Assembly (NCBI GenBank): GCA_033442325.1
Contig: JAWQFM010000011.1
Location: 551,498 to 615,497 of the forward strand
Direction: 5' to 3'
DNA from: Salpingoeca rosetta
Lineage: Eukaryota > Protista > Choanoflagellata
DNA length: 64,000 nucleotides
Below, piece after piece: positions 34,703 through 53,619 of the stretch (positions within the stretch are counted from its first letter, which is position 1; every line of letters begins with the position of its first letter). The position numbers and the translations under genes are program-made. Below the pieces are notes generated by a model. The model saw nothing but the letters and a program-made list of their open reading frames with translations, made no database searches and was not told the DNA's origin.

Positions 34703-37700
34703 GCAGGTATGCGCAAGAAGCCGAGAAACGTGCGCGTGCCCGCGCAAAGCAAGAACAACCCAACATGTCCGCGGAAGAAGAGGCATTCCTGGACATGTTT
34801 CCGTCTGTACCTGATGAGCACATCGTTGACGGCGTATCAACAGGCCGCCTCTCCCACAGCCACGACGAAATCCACCAGTGGGTGCACGGGCGCCCCATGG
34901 ATACCACCGCGCCAGATGCAGACACCGTCGCATCCAACGACGTGTTTAGTGACGGCGCTGCACTACCACCGGCACCGCCGCCCGCGTCACAGTCGCCAAG
35001 CACACCTCCAACAACATCGCCTTCATCCATCCTGCAGCCCACACACAGCCATCCCACCACGCCCGCTTCCAACCCACCGCTGCACCCCATGCAACCAACA
35101 CCCTCCTCCGCCCCTACAGCTCCCTCTGCCAGTACCGCAAACGCCGCAAGTGGACAGGGTGGCGACTCGAACTTCCTTGTTGACCTGGGCTGGCCACCTT
35201 CATCGTCAACACAACCGCCGCCACCACAGCAGCCATCACCGTCTTCATCGTCATCGGCAGCAACGGGCGCCCATCAGCCCCTCATCAGCCTTGACAACGG
35301 CGGTGACGCTGGTGATGGTGGTGCCTCGGCCCCTGAACACCGCCCACAGCCACCAGCATCATCACAATCACCAGCATCGCCACTACACTCGCCTGCTGCC
35401 TCCACGACCCTCATTCCGCTCTCGCCCACCGCCGACCAAGCCACCACCGCAGCAGTGACGGATGGCAGCGCAGCGAGCGACATGTTGGACGCCACCACGA
35501 CCAACGGCGGCGGCCGCGATGGCAGTGGCAGTGGCAGTGCGGGGGCGCTATTTGTGTCGCCGGAGGAGTTTCACGCCATCATGAACACGTGTTTGGTGGT
35601 GGATCTTCGGTCCCATTCGCGCTTCCGCATGGCAGCCATCTCCCCGCTGCTGACGTCGGTGGATTGCGTCAACATCCCTGGCGAGGACATGCGGGAGGGC
35701 ATGAGTGCAGACGACGTTCGCAGTCTCGTTCGCAACCATGGTAGCGTGCGCGCGTTTGACAGGCGCAATTCGTACAAGCGGATTGTTCTCGTCACGGAGG
35801 GCGACGAGGACAGCAGGCGCACGGACACGGGGCCCATCAAGTGGTTCACGGTGCGTCTCACGGATGTGTGCGTGTGTGTTTTGCATGTATGAATGTATGT
35901 GTGTATGTATGTATGTTTGTGTATGTATGTATGTATGTATGCATGTATGTATGTATGTATGTATGTATGTATGTATGTATGAATGTATGTATGTATGTAT
36001 GTATGTATGTATGTATGTATGTATGTATGTATGTATGTATGTATGTATGTATGTGTGTGTGTGTGTGTGTCGTCATTTACATGCATGCTTCACCAGAAGT
36101 TTTTTCCGCCGTGTCTGTCTTCACAATAGTGTTGTTACTGTCACCCCTTACGCTCTCACCACCTCACCACTTCACCACCACCACGGTGCAGGATGCGCTG
36201 GTGCACTACGGCGGGGCGGAGGAGCTGACCGTTCCCATGTGCGTGCTCAAGGGCGGCTATCGTGAGCACTACCACATGTACCCGTCAGACTGCTCAGGCG
36301 CTCCGCTCGACACCGTTCGGCAGTCTCCGCGCACACGCAACCCGGTCTCCTTCGACGTGCCCTCCATCCCCGAGCCAAAGGCGAAGCAACGGCCCAAACC
36401 AACAACAGCAGCATCAGCGGCAGCTACAGCAGCTGTAACAGCAAGCAGAGGTGCACAACAGTCGCTTCCAAGTGCACACACGCACGGCGACTTGAGCCGC
36501 AACGTGGGCGCAGCCGCTGTTGACGACACAACTCGCGCTGGTAATGGTGATGAGGATGTGTTGGAATCGCCATACCGCCTGCACCGGCAGGTGCTACAGG
36601 CGCATCAGGAAGAGGAGGAACGAAGGGAAAGGAAGAGGAGGGAGGAGGAGGAGGAAAGGAGAAGGAGAATGCAGGCGGAGGAAGAAGAGAGGAAGATGAG
36701 GAAACAACGGGAGCAGGAAGAAGAAGAGGAGGAGCGACGAAGGAGGAGGAGGAAGCAGGCAGCCGAAGAGGAACGCATCAGGAAGCAGCAGCAGCAGATG
36801 GAAGAAGCGGAGAGGAAGAGAAGGATGATGATGGAGGAGGAGGAAGTGGAGGACAGAAGGAGGAGAGCGGGTGTTCTGCCTGGCACATCCGATGGTGATG
36901 CCGTGCGACCCGGGTTGCCTGCGCGCTCCCTGTCGTCCACTGCAGCAGTCGCATGGCCGCAAACGCCAGCACAGCAACAGCTACCAGCATTGCCAAGTGC
37001 GTCGCCGCCACCACTGGCCCGTACTGTTGGCGCTGAGGGCGTTCCTGCTGCCGGCCCACTGCCGCCGGCGCCGCACGCTCCGCCTGCACCACACGTGGCA
37101 CGGATGGCAGCGAGCGAGGGCGCAGTGCGCGATGTTGGCGCAGAGGGTGTTGACGACAGCTCTGCTGGAAAGCGAAAGCCAACGCGTCCGCCACCAGCAC
37201 CGCCAGCCGGCCGTGTGCTCACAAAGCCATCCACACCTCAGCAGCCACAGCGCGTGGACAAGAACAAAGGCGGCGGCGATGGGGGCCATGCACGTGTGCA
37301 ACCTGATGCCTTACCAGCGCTTCGACCCGCAGCACGTGCGATTGAGCAAGACGATGTCAATTGCGACGATGGTGGCACCAGTGGCAGCGGCGGTGACGAC
37401 CACGCGCCGTCATCACCGCCATCGTCGTCATCGCCGCTGCCACCGCCGTACAGCGATGCTGTCACGGCCAAGTACGATTTGCCCGCAAGGGACGTGGGCG
37501 CAGTCGGCCTGGATCATGCCGGTGGTGATGGCACGACTGTGACTCCAAGCGCACCGTCGACACTGCGGAGCACAGCACCAGCCCCTCAAACAGCAGGCAG
37601 CCACCCGACACACGCGACAACAACCCAGCAACAGCAGAAGCAGGAGAGGGCGGCGCTCGAGGCGAAAGCAAAGCTACGAATGGAGAACGGCAAGGTTGTG

Positions 37701-39412
37701 TATCCCCCAAAGGTTCCCGATGCGCCAAAGCCCGTGGTCGACGCAACCCCACCCCGCACTGTCGGCGCAAGCGGTATGGACACTTCCGATAGCAGCGGCA
37801 GCGGTGGCCACAGCAGCAACAGCGATCACAGTCGAAGCAGCAGCGATGGCGGCGCCCCGTCGTTGCGTGCTGGGCGGCGCGGACGCGTGAAGCCGTACAC
37901 GGCCATCAGCGCTGTGCAGGCGAGCAGGAACGCAAACAAACCGCCAGCACGCGCACCGCCAACGCCGCCCGTGGTACACGTGTCCACCACGGGCCCACAC
38001 AGCAGCCGCAGCAGCAGCAGTACTTCAAGCGTCAGCAGCGGTGACAGTGCCAATGGAGTCAACGACGCCAGCACTGATGGAGATAGCCACCGTGATCGCT
38101 ACCTGCGCTCCTTCCAGAACAGAACCAACAACGCCCACAGCAACAGCAACGGCAGCCGCAACGGCAGTGGTGGTCGCGTGGCACCGCCAAACAAGCCACC
38201 GCCGAAGCCGTTGTCGTACGCACCACCACATGCACGAGCACGTGCACGCGCGCGAACAACGGACGACCTACCGCGACGCAGCGCAGCCACGCTGGACAAC
38301 GGCAGCATGACAGCCGGTGGGGGCGTCCGGAAACCGCTCGTTGACCGCTCAACAAAGCCGCGTGCAGCGCTCTCTGTTGGGCGGTGCCGGCCCGAGCTCA
38401 CCGTCCCGCGGATGCAGAGCATGCGGCTGATCCAGTCGTCGTACCCCATCTCGACCGGTCTGAAGAACCTGGGCAACACGTGCTACATGAACGCCGTCCT
38501 GCAGTGCCTTGCCCACACCAAGCAGCTCGCCACATACTTTGTGCAGGTGTGAGCGAGAGAGCGAGGCAGTGTGGTTTTGCTGTGTTGTGTTGTGGATGTG
38601 CTGTGTTTGTGTTTGTGTTGTGTTTGTGTTTGTGTTGTGTTGTGTTGTGTTGTGTTTGTGTTTGTGTGCTGAGCTGTGTTTGTGTTTGTGTTTGTGTTGT
38701 GGATGCGTTGTGTTGTGTTGTGTACGTGTGTTTGCGTGCTGAACTGTGGAAAGTGTGATCCTTTTCCTCAATCCCAAGATACTCACAGGCTTGACATATG
38801 TGCTTGTCTGCGTGGTGGGTGTGCGCGTGGGGCAGAAACGGTATCGAAACCACCTGAACCGCCGCAGCAAGTTTGGCTGCAAAGGGGAGGTTGCCGAGGA
38901 GCTGGCCGAGCTGCTGACGGTGCTCACCTCGCGGCAATACCGCCACCTGTCCCCCTCCATGTTCAAGGAGGTGTTCGCCTCCTACTGCCCACAATTCGCC
39001 GGCTACGACCAGCAGGACTGCCAGGTTGGTGTACTTGTGTTTGTGATTCTGTGTGCGTGCTTGTGATTCTGTGTGTGTGTGTGTGTGTGTTTGTATGTGA
39101 TTGTGTGTGTGTGTGTGTTTGTGTGTTGTGATTCTGTATGTGTGTTTGTGGTTCTGTGTGTGTGTGCTTCTGTTTGCGTGTTCATAAGTGCTTTTCTCCC
39201 TTTGTTTGTTTGTCGGTGCGGGTCCTGATGCTTTTTTTTTTTTCACTGTCATTGTCGTTGTGGCTCCATGGTGCTTGCATCACAACACACTCTCCTTCTT
39301 TCTCATGCGCACGTGTCCACCCATTGCAGGAGTTTGCGAGCATGCTCCTGGACAAACTGCACGAAGACCTGAATCGTGTCGTCGCAAAGGTAATGTGTGT
39401 GTGTGTGTGTGT

Positions 39413-39449
<37 letters not shown>

Positions 39450-40475
39450 TGTGTCTGTGCGTGTGTGCGTGTCATGTGTGTGTGCGTGTCATGTGTGTTT
39501 GTGTGTCATGTGTGTGTGTGTGTCATGTGTGTGTGTGTCATGTGTGTGTATTGTGTGCTCGCAACGCCCTCGCCCCACGTGTCCCGAGCCCTCATACCGC
39601 CTTCTCCCGCTGTTCCTTCCAGCCGCCGGCAAAGGATCTCGACTTGAGCGGTATGGACGCTGTTCGCGCCGGCAACGAGGCGTGGAAGCAGTGCATTGCA
39701 CGCGATAACTCCATCATCACAGACCTCTTTCAGGTACGCGCGTGCGTATGTACATGTGTGTGTGTGTGTGTGTTTGCGAGCTGGCTTCGTTGTTTCACAC
39801 GTCCTCGCCTCCATTATAGTCTTTTCCTCGTTTTCAACCCCCCCCCCACACACACACACACACTTTGTCCATCCGACCGCACGCAAACACACACTCAAAC
39901 ACACGCTCAAGCATACGCCGACTCACTCAAACGCACGCACGCACACACGCACACACACACATGCCCCTTGTTTCAACGCACCACCAACAGGGCCAGTTCC
40001 GCAGCGTGACGCGGTGCAACACGTGCCGATATGAATCTGCAACGTACTCACCGTTCACGTCGCTGTCGTTGCCTGTGCCGCCGCACGGCCGCTACTCTCT
40101 CCACCACTGCATCCGCCTCTTCTCCCGCCAGGAAAACATGACCGGCAACAACCAGTGGTGCGTGTGGTGTTTGTTGTTTTGTTTTGTTTGTTTTGTTTTG
40201 TTTGTTCGTGCGTTCGTGCGTGCGTGCGTGCGTGCGGCCATGCCTGCGCATGCCTGCTTCGCCTGTCCTTGACTCCGCCTTGTCCACATGCACCCCTCTC
40301 ACCTCCGCAACAACGACCACAGGAAATGCCCCAAGTGCAAGGCGTATCGTGATGCCATCAAGTTTATGGGCATCTGGCGGCTGCCTCGCTGTCTCCTCAT
40401 CCACCTCAAGCGCTTCTACTTCAACGGGCCCTTTAGAGACAAGATCAACACCATGGTATTGTGTTCCACGTGGGC

Positions 40476-40506
<31 letters not shown>

Positions 40507-41192
40507 TGTGTGTGCGTGCGTGTGTGTGTCTGTGTGTGTGTGTGTGCGTGTGTGCGTGTGTGGAAGAGAATGAGTGTGTGTGTGTGTGAAAGTGGGACTG
40601 TGTGTGTATGTGTGTGCGTGTGTCTTCACATCAATGCCATCGTTGTGATTGTTGTGTTGAGTTGCAGTTGTCGTGATTGTTCTTGTCGTTATCGCTGCCC
40701 TGCCCTACTCTCATCAACTGCATTGACGTGCTTTTATCTGTCTGCGTGGTGCTGTACCTGCAGATTGACTTCCCACAAAACCTTCAGCTCGGCAAGGACG
40801 ACGTCATGGTGCGCGCGTGTGTGTTTTGCTGCGGCATGTCAACATGTGATGATCAACGACACCATTGTGCTTTCCACATATCCTTCCCGCTCTTGAGTGT
40901 GATCAACGCAACTCCCACTCACGCCCCCCCCCCTCCCTGCCCTCCTAATTGCCCCCTTTGTTGCCTCGTTCATCCCTGTGCCTCTTTGCCTCCCCTACGT
41001 GCGTCTCCCCTTGTTGTCATGTTCATTTCACCACCATGCAGAGCTTCAGCCGACCGGAGCAGCGGGAAAACTACTCGCTGTACGCCGTCGCCAACCACTA
41101 TGGCACGCTCACGGGCGGCCACTACATTGCCTTTGCAAAACACGCTGGCAGGTGTGTGTGTGTGTGTGTGTGTGTGTGTCCGTGTGTGTGTG

Positions 41193-41285
<93 letters not shown>

Positions 41286-41286
41286 G

Positions 41287-41339
<53 letters not shown>

Positions 41340-41621
41340 GTGTGTGTGTATTTTCTTTCGCCTGTGCTCGTCTGTCTCCCCTGCCCCCCCCCTTGCAGGT
41401 CCGTGTGCACATCTCGATGGCTCGTCTGTCCGCACCGTCGTTACACCTTCTCGTGCATCATCTCCATTGCCACGGCGCTCACCCTATCGCCCCGGACCTT
41501 GCTCGGTGTTTCCATGTGCAGGTGGGAGAAGTACGATGACAGCGTGGTGTCGCCCATGGCGCCGCAGCAAGTCGTCACGCCGGCCGCATATGTTCTCTTC
41601 TACTCGTCCCTGGATCTGTAG
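33848..41621 (+). CDS. USP8: Ubiquitin-specific protease 8 (MIT - rhodanese - coiled coil - USP)
   Basis: N-terminal MIT-like helices, rhodanese (LVVDLRS..VLKGGY), E/R coiled coil and [11 protein letters not shown]3-binding motif. Catalytic motifs [49 protein letters not shown]. Splice phases checked across the catalytic-domain exons. Confidence 0.93.
35886..36052. repeat. (ATGT)n tetranucleotide microsatellite, intronic
   Basis: Read directly from the sequence. Confidence 0.9.
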
Positions 41622-42340
41622 TGGTGGTGGTGGTGATGATGATGATGATGCGACACACACGCACGCACACATACACGCACGCACAACACACACGCACGCA
41701 TACACGCACACGCACATACACATACACACGCACGCACACATACACGCACGCACCTGATCATGTCGCCCCATTGAGTCAGTTACATGCAGATGTGACACAA
41801 TACGTCATGTCACAACTGCGGTATCGTCGTTAACACCTCCTTCTTCCTGTTCCTCCCTAACTAACCGTATTTGTTTGTTTGCTTGTGTCCCTTTCTTTCG
41901 CGTCAAGACACAACTACATGAACAACTGTCATCGTGTCCGAAAGGTGGCCGTTTGGGAGGGCCCGTCACAAAGGCAGCTTGAGAATGGCACACACACACA
42001 CACACAGAGGAAGATTGTGTGTGTCACACCACTTCACATCCCACCACCAATGCACTCAGCAAACAAAGAAGCACGGATCGTCGAGTCATGTTCATCACAC
42101 TGTGAGTGAAGCGTGCGAACACACCACAAAGCAATCAATCAGTGGAGATTTGGAGGAGAAAGGACAGACAGTGCAAAAAAAAAAGTGTTTTTGTTTTGCG
42201 CCGTCTGCTTTCCCACAAAACAACAACAAAGACAAGCACGACGCAACACTGCCATTTCCACTCGCTCTGACTCAACGTTGATAAGCATTGACACACCAGC
42301 GCAAAGGCAGAGACAACCACACCAACGCAAGGAAGGAAGG

Positions 42341-46768
<4,428 letters not shown>

Positions 46769-46876
46769 ACGGCGGCGCGAGTGCCTTGAGCCTCCACCAC
46801 ATGACACGCACAATCACCTACATCCCCCCCCCCCCACTCGCGTTTCTCCACAAACACAAACACAAACACAAACACA

Positions 46877-46950
<74 letters not shown>

Positions 46951-47075
46951 TTGTTCTTCTTCAAACCTCCATCAAACGCCTGCTGCCCGTTTTTGTTCGT
47001 GCCTTTTTGTCACGTCGTCATCGCGCTGCAACGCCACCACGGTTTTTGTTGCGTATTTTCTGCAAATTTTCATGG

Positions 47076-47089
47076 CAAAACCGGTTTTG
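47076..47089. promoter_or_regulatory. 14-bp perfect palindrome CAAAACCGGTTTTG in the XPO1 upstream region
   Basis: The palindrome is visible; its core AACCGGTT equals the Grainyhead/CP2 consensus. Confidence 0.3.
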
Positions 47090-47822
47090 GCTGGGGGCGG
47101 CCTGCGCGGGCACCTTAAAACGACATCAAACCCGGAATCTGGTTTTTTTCGACGCCGGGAAACAGAGCGACTTGCACACAAATCACCACCATCGCCAGTG
47201 CTGGCCTTCTTTGTTTGGGCTTGTTGTGCAAAGACACGTACCCCAGTCCCCTCCCACCCACACACACACACACACACACACGTCTTCCACTCCATAACCA
47301 TCAACCATCATCATCGTCCACGCAAGAAAGAACAACACACACACACTTGAAGTCGCTTTCGACAAAACCAACCCCCTGCCCTTATCCTCATCTGCTGGTG
47401 AGGTGTCTCCTTGCATGTGTGACGTGGTGCACGGTGTTGCGTTGTGTCGGCGACACGGCCAGGAAGAAGAGAGGGGAGGGACAGATGGCATGGAGGGAGA
47501 GATTGCAGATTGTGTGTGTGTGTGTGTGTGTGTGTGTTGTGGTGGTTCACACACCTGAATCACGAGCACCGGACGCCTTGCTTCTTGCTTGTATTCTCCT
47601 CCGCCTTACATGACCTTGTTTCCCCCCTCTCACCGATATCATCCATCATCCAACATCATCATTTCTCCTGCCACCAACCCTCACACACACACACACACAT
47701 ACACACAAACGCACACACACACACACACGTCGACCGTTCACGGCAGGCAACCAGCACACAACCGCACGCACCAGAACACACTTGTCCTCAAACTTCACCA
47801 CAACAAAGCAACACCTGCAGCC

Positions 47823-49058
47823 ATGTCGCTGACAGAGGAGCAGGCCGCGCAGCTGCTCGACTTTGAGCAGGCGAGCATCGACGTCTCGGTGCTGGACACC
47901 ATTGTGCGCTTCTTCTACGAGTCCAGGCCCGGGTGCCCAGAGCAGAAGATGGCCGAACAGATTATGAAGCAGTTCCAGGAGCACCCCGACGCGTGGATGC
48001 GGGCCTCTCAGATCCTGCAAGAATCACAGTACCCGAGCACCAAGGTGTGGTGATGACCGCGCAGCCTTTGCTTCGCTTTCTTGCTTCCTTGCTTCCTTGT
48101 GCTTGCCTGTGCTCTCTTGCTTCCTTGCTTCCTCGTCTCGCACCCCGCATTGCAGACACCAGCACACGCCTGTGTGTGTGTGTGTGTGTGGTGTGTGTGT
48201 GTGTGTGTTGCGTGCGTGCAACTACAACTCACGCAACCTCCTATCTTCACCTCACGCAACCTCCCATCTTCACCTCGTTGCGTTGCGGTGTGTGTTTGAT
48301 GTTCCTTTTGGCCAACGACAACGGCACCAACAGTACTTTGCTCTCAACATCCTCAAGGACGTGATTCGGACGAAGTGGAAACTGCTTCCAGAGGAACAAA
48401 CAGAGGGTAAGTCTTGAGGACGACGAGCGAGAGGAAGAGGGGGGGGGTGGTCGTGGTTCTGGTCGGAGTTCTGGGTCTTGTCGTTCTTGTTGTTCTTTCT
48501 TTTGTTCTTGTTCTTGTGATTGTGTTTGTGTTTGTGCTGCTGTGTTGTGCTTGCATGCTCAACACGTCCGCCTGTGACACTTTGGCTGGACAGGCATCCG
48601 CAACTTCATCGTGTCCATGACCATTGAGGCTTCCAAGGACTTTGAGAGCTTGCAAGAGAACCGAGTGCTCCTCTCCAAGCTCAACGCAGTCCTCGTGCAG
48701 GTAGGCTTTTGCCCAGTCCTGGGCGCGATTTTGTCGGGTGTCGCCATGCCCCTATCGTTTGTGCAGTCGTACGCGTGCATGAGTGCGTGAAATGTGATTT
48801 GTCGATTGTTGGTTTGAGCGCGTGCAACTTATCAGCCGCTGTGTCTTGCGTGTTGTTCTGCGTGACACTCCTCGCAACAACGCAGATTCTGAAGCAGCAG
48901 TGGCCGCAGCAATGGCCGTCCTTCATCACAGATATTGTCGGCGCATCCCGCACCAGCGAACCCCTTTGCCAAAATAACCTGGAGATTCTCAAGCTCCTGA
49001 GGTGTGTGTGTGTGTGTGTGTGTGCGTGCGTGCGTGCGTGTGTGTGCGTGTGTGTGAG

Positions 49059-49095
<37 letters not shown>

Positions 49096-52000
49096 TTGTT
49101 GGATGTGCTTGCATGCTGCCGGGCATGTACTGTACACGTCACGCAAGGCACACTCCTCCCTGCTCGCTACCCACCCCCACACACAGACACACTCAACATG
49201 AGCTTACCCACGTGTCCCAATCATGATGCGACCGCTTGTCTCGTGTGCACAGCGAGGAGATTTTCGACTACTCCAAAGGTCAGATTGTGCAGGTGAAGGC
49301 GCAACATCTCAAGGACGCGCTGTGCCAGGAGTTTGGGCCCATTTATGAGCTGTGTGAATTTGTTCTCGAAAATGCCGGCGAGCCAACCCTCATCAACCAA
49401 GCCTTGCAGGTGTGTGTGTGTGTGGCTGTGTGGGTGGGTGGGTGTTTGTGTTTATCTTTGTGTAATGTGTGTGTGTGTGGGTGGGTGGGTGCGTCGTGAG
49501 GAGTTGCCTGTGACATTTAGCTTCAATGGCTGTTTTGCTCAACATTAAGTCCGCGCTTCCCTTGACAGACGATGTTGCGGTTCCTGAGCTGGATCCCCAT
49601 TGGCTACGTCTTTGAGACAAACCTCATCAACCTGCTCGTCACGCGGGTAAGCACACCACCCCACAGCTCACTCGTGCTTTGTCTCCCCCATGTCCATGAT
49701 CCAAACTTCGTTTTGCCAACTGATGTGAGCATCGATAACATTACACACCCACATATCACTCACGCACACCCACATATCACTCACGCACACGCACACACAC
49801 TCACACACTCACACACACACTCACGCTCACACACACACACACACACTCTCTCTCTCTCTCTCCCATTCACGTACACACACACACACTCCCAGTTTTTGAA
49901 TGTGCCCATTTTCCGCAACTCGACGCTGGAATGCCTGGCTGAAATTGGTGCGTTGAATAAACGATCATTCGTCAACTGTGTATGTCTGCGAGGTTCATGC
50001 TGCCTGCTGCTCTCCTGTCATGTTCACAACACTCACACTGGTCGCCTGCTTGCTTCTCTTTGCCTGATGACATTGGTGTGGGTGTGTTGCAGCTGCGCTT
50101 CCTGGTGACGCTGTTGCGGACATTCCCATGGACGACCTGCAAAGCATCCAGGCCAAGCAGCTGCAGCTGCTGCAGGGCGCCCTCAAGCAACTTGTCGAGG
50201 TCTGTCGTTTCCCTTCTGCGCTGTCCCTGGTCGTTGTTTTATCTCTTTTGCCGTGGCATGTCGTGTGACACCGTTTGTGCCTTCGCAACTGGCACGGCAC
50301 TGACACGGCTAGTCCTCGTCTCCTGTGCCCCCTCCCCCTTCCTTCGCCTTTTGGTTCCCTCAGCCCAACTGCGCGCGCTAACCCCAACAGTTGCACTGCT
50401 TTGTCATGAACAGATGCTGCCGCCTTCGACGGATGTGGCTGGCATGTGGCACACGGCGTCAATGGAGGAGCAAGGCTTTATTCGCATGCTCGCCCTGTTT
50501 CTCACGTCGTGGCTGAAGCAGCATGGGCAACTGCTGGAGGCCGACCCATCCCTTCGTGAGACGCATGACATCTGCATGAACTACGCCCTCATGATCTCCA
50601 CCGTCGCAGACAAGGAGCTCTTCAAGATTATGCTCGAGTACTGGTCCACCCTCGCAGGCAGCCTCTACTCTGAAGCGTAAGTCAAGAGCCAGTGAGCCGC
50701 GATAACTGCCGATTTCTCCCATATTGTGTGGCGCGTACACATACTCACACACGCACGCACACTGAGCTAACATGCGGTTGCGGGTTTTGCGTGATGCTTG
50801 TGTGCCTTGGTGGACAGGACTGCTTGCGGCACGGGCATGTTCACCCCGAACCACGAGCCCAAGTACCGCTACGACCTCTACCATGACCTTCTGTCAACGG
50901 TGAGCGTCGGGAGGAAAGGAAAGTGGGAAGGAGAGGAAAGGGGCGGGACCTGCGCCTTGGTTGCTGCGTCGCCGCCTTTTTGCCTGGCCCTCTACAAGCG
51001 GGATCGCTGTTTGTGAAGCTCGTCGTGTTGCTCATGGCCTGTGGCGGTGGCGTGCAGGTGCGGAGCGTCATCATCAGCCAGATGCCCAAGCCAGAGGAGG
51101 TCTTGATTGTGGAGGTGGACGGTGAGCCCGTTCGCGAGTTTGCCAAGGACACCGACACCATTGAGCTCTACAAGGCCGTCCGCATCACCCTTGGTCAGTG
51201 CTTATTCGTGTGGGTGTGGGGGGGGGCATGGGTGTGGGTGTGTGGGCGTTTTGTTTGTGCTTTTTGCTTGCGTTGCGTTGCGTGTCCGTGTATGCAGTGG
51301 TCACACCGTACTGGACCGCTCCAAACATTCAATATTCAACACCACTCCAAGCTCACACTGCTGACGCATGTGTATGCTGTTGTTGCTGTTGTTGCTGATA
51401 TTTCCGTGCATCTCTTGGTGTGCGCTGCCTTCTGTCGATGTGTACAGTGTATCTGACGCATCTTGATCCGTACGACACGAACCGCATCATGCGGGACATG
51501 CTCGCACGGATCGTTGACGGCTCGCAGTACTCTTGGCACAACCTCAACACGTTGTGCTGGGCCATTGGCTCCATCAGCGGCACGATGAGCGTGGACGATG
51601 AGAAGAAGTTTTTGGTGCAGGTGATTCGCGAGCTGCTTGGTCTGTGCGAGGCGCGCCGTGGCAAGAACCACAAGGCCGTCATTGCCGCCAACATCATGTA
51701 CGTCGTTGGCCAGTACCCGCGCTTCCTCAGGATGCACTGGAAGTTCCTCAAGACGGTCGTCAACAAGCTCTTCGAATTCATGCACGGTGCGTATCGTTGG
51801 GTGTGTTGGGTGTGTTGAGCGTGGTCGAGGGAAACAGAGATGCAACGCTGCTTTTGCTCAATCGAAATGCACGCACAATCATGTCACACCGTGCAACCGT
51901 GCAGCCCATGCCATAATGACATGAATCGCCCTTCCTTTCCTTCTCACACCCTGCTTTGTCCTTACCCCTTGCTTCTGCAGAGGAACACGATGGCGTGCAG

Positions 52001-53569
52001 GACATGGCGTGCGACACGTTCATCAAGATTGCGACCAAGTGCAAGCAGATGTTTGTGATGCAACAGCTGGGCGAGACCAAGCCGTTTGTTATTGAGATTA
52101 TCGACAACATGGGCCGCACGACGCAGGACCTGACGCAGCAGCAGATTCAGACTTTTTTCAAGGCGGTTGGCCACATGATCTCTGCACAGACAGACCCGGA
52201 GCAGCAGACTGCCCTTGTGCAGCACCTCATGGCTCTGCCAAACTCCATGTGGTCCCGTACCATGCAGGCCGTGCAGGAGGTAATGCAGACGACTCAACAG
52301 CAACAACTGAAATGTCGCATGTGTGTGTGTATGCGCGTGTGTATGTGTGTGCGTGCCTTGATTCCTGTGTGCTTTTATTCTTGTGTTGCTTGTTTATCGC
52401 TGCTATTTTTCCTGATTGCTCGCACTCTCCCCCAACTCGGGAGGCTCACCACCAGCAACCATTTCAACATGCTGTTTTGCGCCGTTGTGACAGCAACCCG
52501 ACCAGCTGATGGATCAGGCGACGCTGAAGCAGCTTGTGCACTTTTTCCGCTGCAACTATGCGGTTGCCTCGACCGTGAGCGCGGCGTTCATGGTGCAGCT
52601 GCAGCACATCTTCAACGACTCGATGCTCCTCTACCGCACCATGTCCCAGCACATATCCTCGGCCATCGCCCAAAGCGGTGTGTACGCGTGTTTAGGCTGT
52701 GCGAGTTGAGCCAGGAGCCAGGAGGAGGAGGGGCGACAGGAACGTACTTTTTTCTGGTTTTGTAACGAACCTGTTTTGAGGGAGGGAGGAGGAGGCAGGA
52801 GAAGAGACAATTTGGAATCGTCAATGACGATGAGTGTGTTCTCGTCTCCATGCTGCCGTGTACTCATGCCGTGTACATCATGCTGCTTTGCAGGGGAGAG
52901 CGTGACGAAGCAGCCGCTTGTGCGGACGATGCGGGCTGTTCGCCGCGACATTTTGCGCGTGCTTGAGGTGCTGTACCAGCGCGCGGACACATCGCAGGAG
53001 GAGCTGGAGGCGCTGACACCCACGCTGCTGGAGCACGTGCTCAGCGACTACAGCGAAACCGTGCCCCAGAGCAGAGAGAGCACCGTCCTCAGTGTGGTTG
53101 CGGAGTGCGTTTCGCGCCTGGGCCAGAGCCTCCTCCCAGCGATGGGCGACATCTTCCAGCACTTGTTTGAGCCAACCGTCGACATGATCAAGGAGGTATG
53201 TCAGGCAAAGAAACACGTGCAAGAGCGCAAGGACTGCAGGGGATTGTGGTGTGGGTGAGTGGGTGGGTGTGTTGAGGAGGATGGAGGAGGCGTGTTCCGC
53301 AGCCGTGTAGTCTCTGCCAACGCCACTGGCTGACATTACTTGTGTGTGATACTGTTTGTTGATGGCAGGACTTTGAGACGTTCCCCGAATTTAGGAGGCC
53401 GTTCTTTGCGTGGCTGGGTGCTGTGGTCAACTGCACGACGGATGTGTTTTCGGACCTGTCACCGGAGCAGTTTAAGACGGTACTTGACGCCATCATCTGG
53501 GGCTGCCGTCATCCCCAACGCGACGTCGCAGAGTGCTGTACGTTCCATTTGTGCCGGAAATGGGAATGT

Positions 53570-53619
<50 letters not shown>

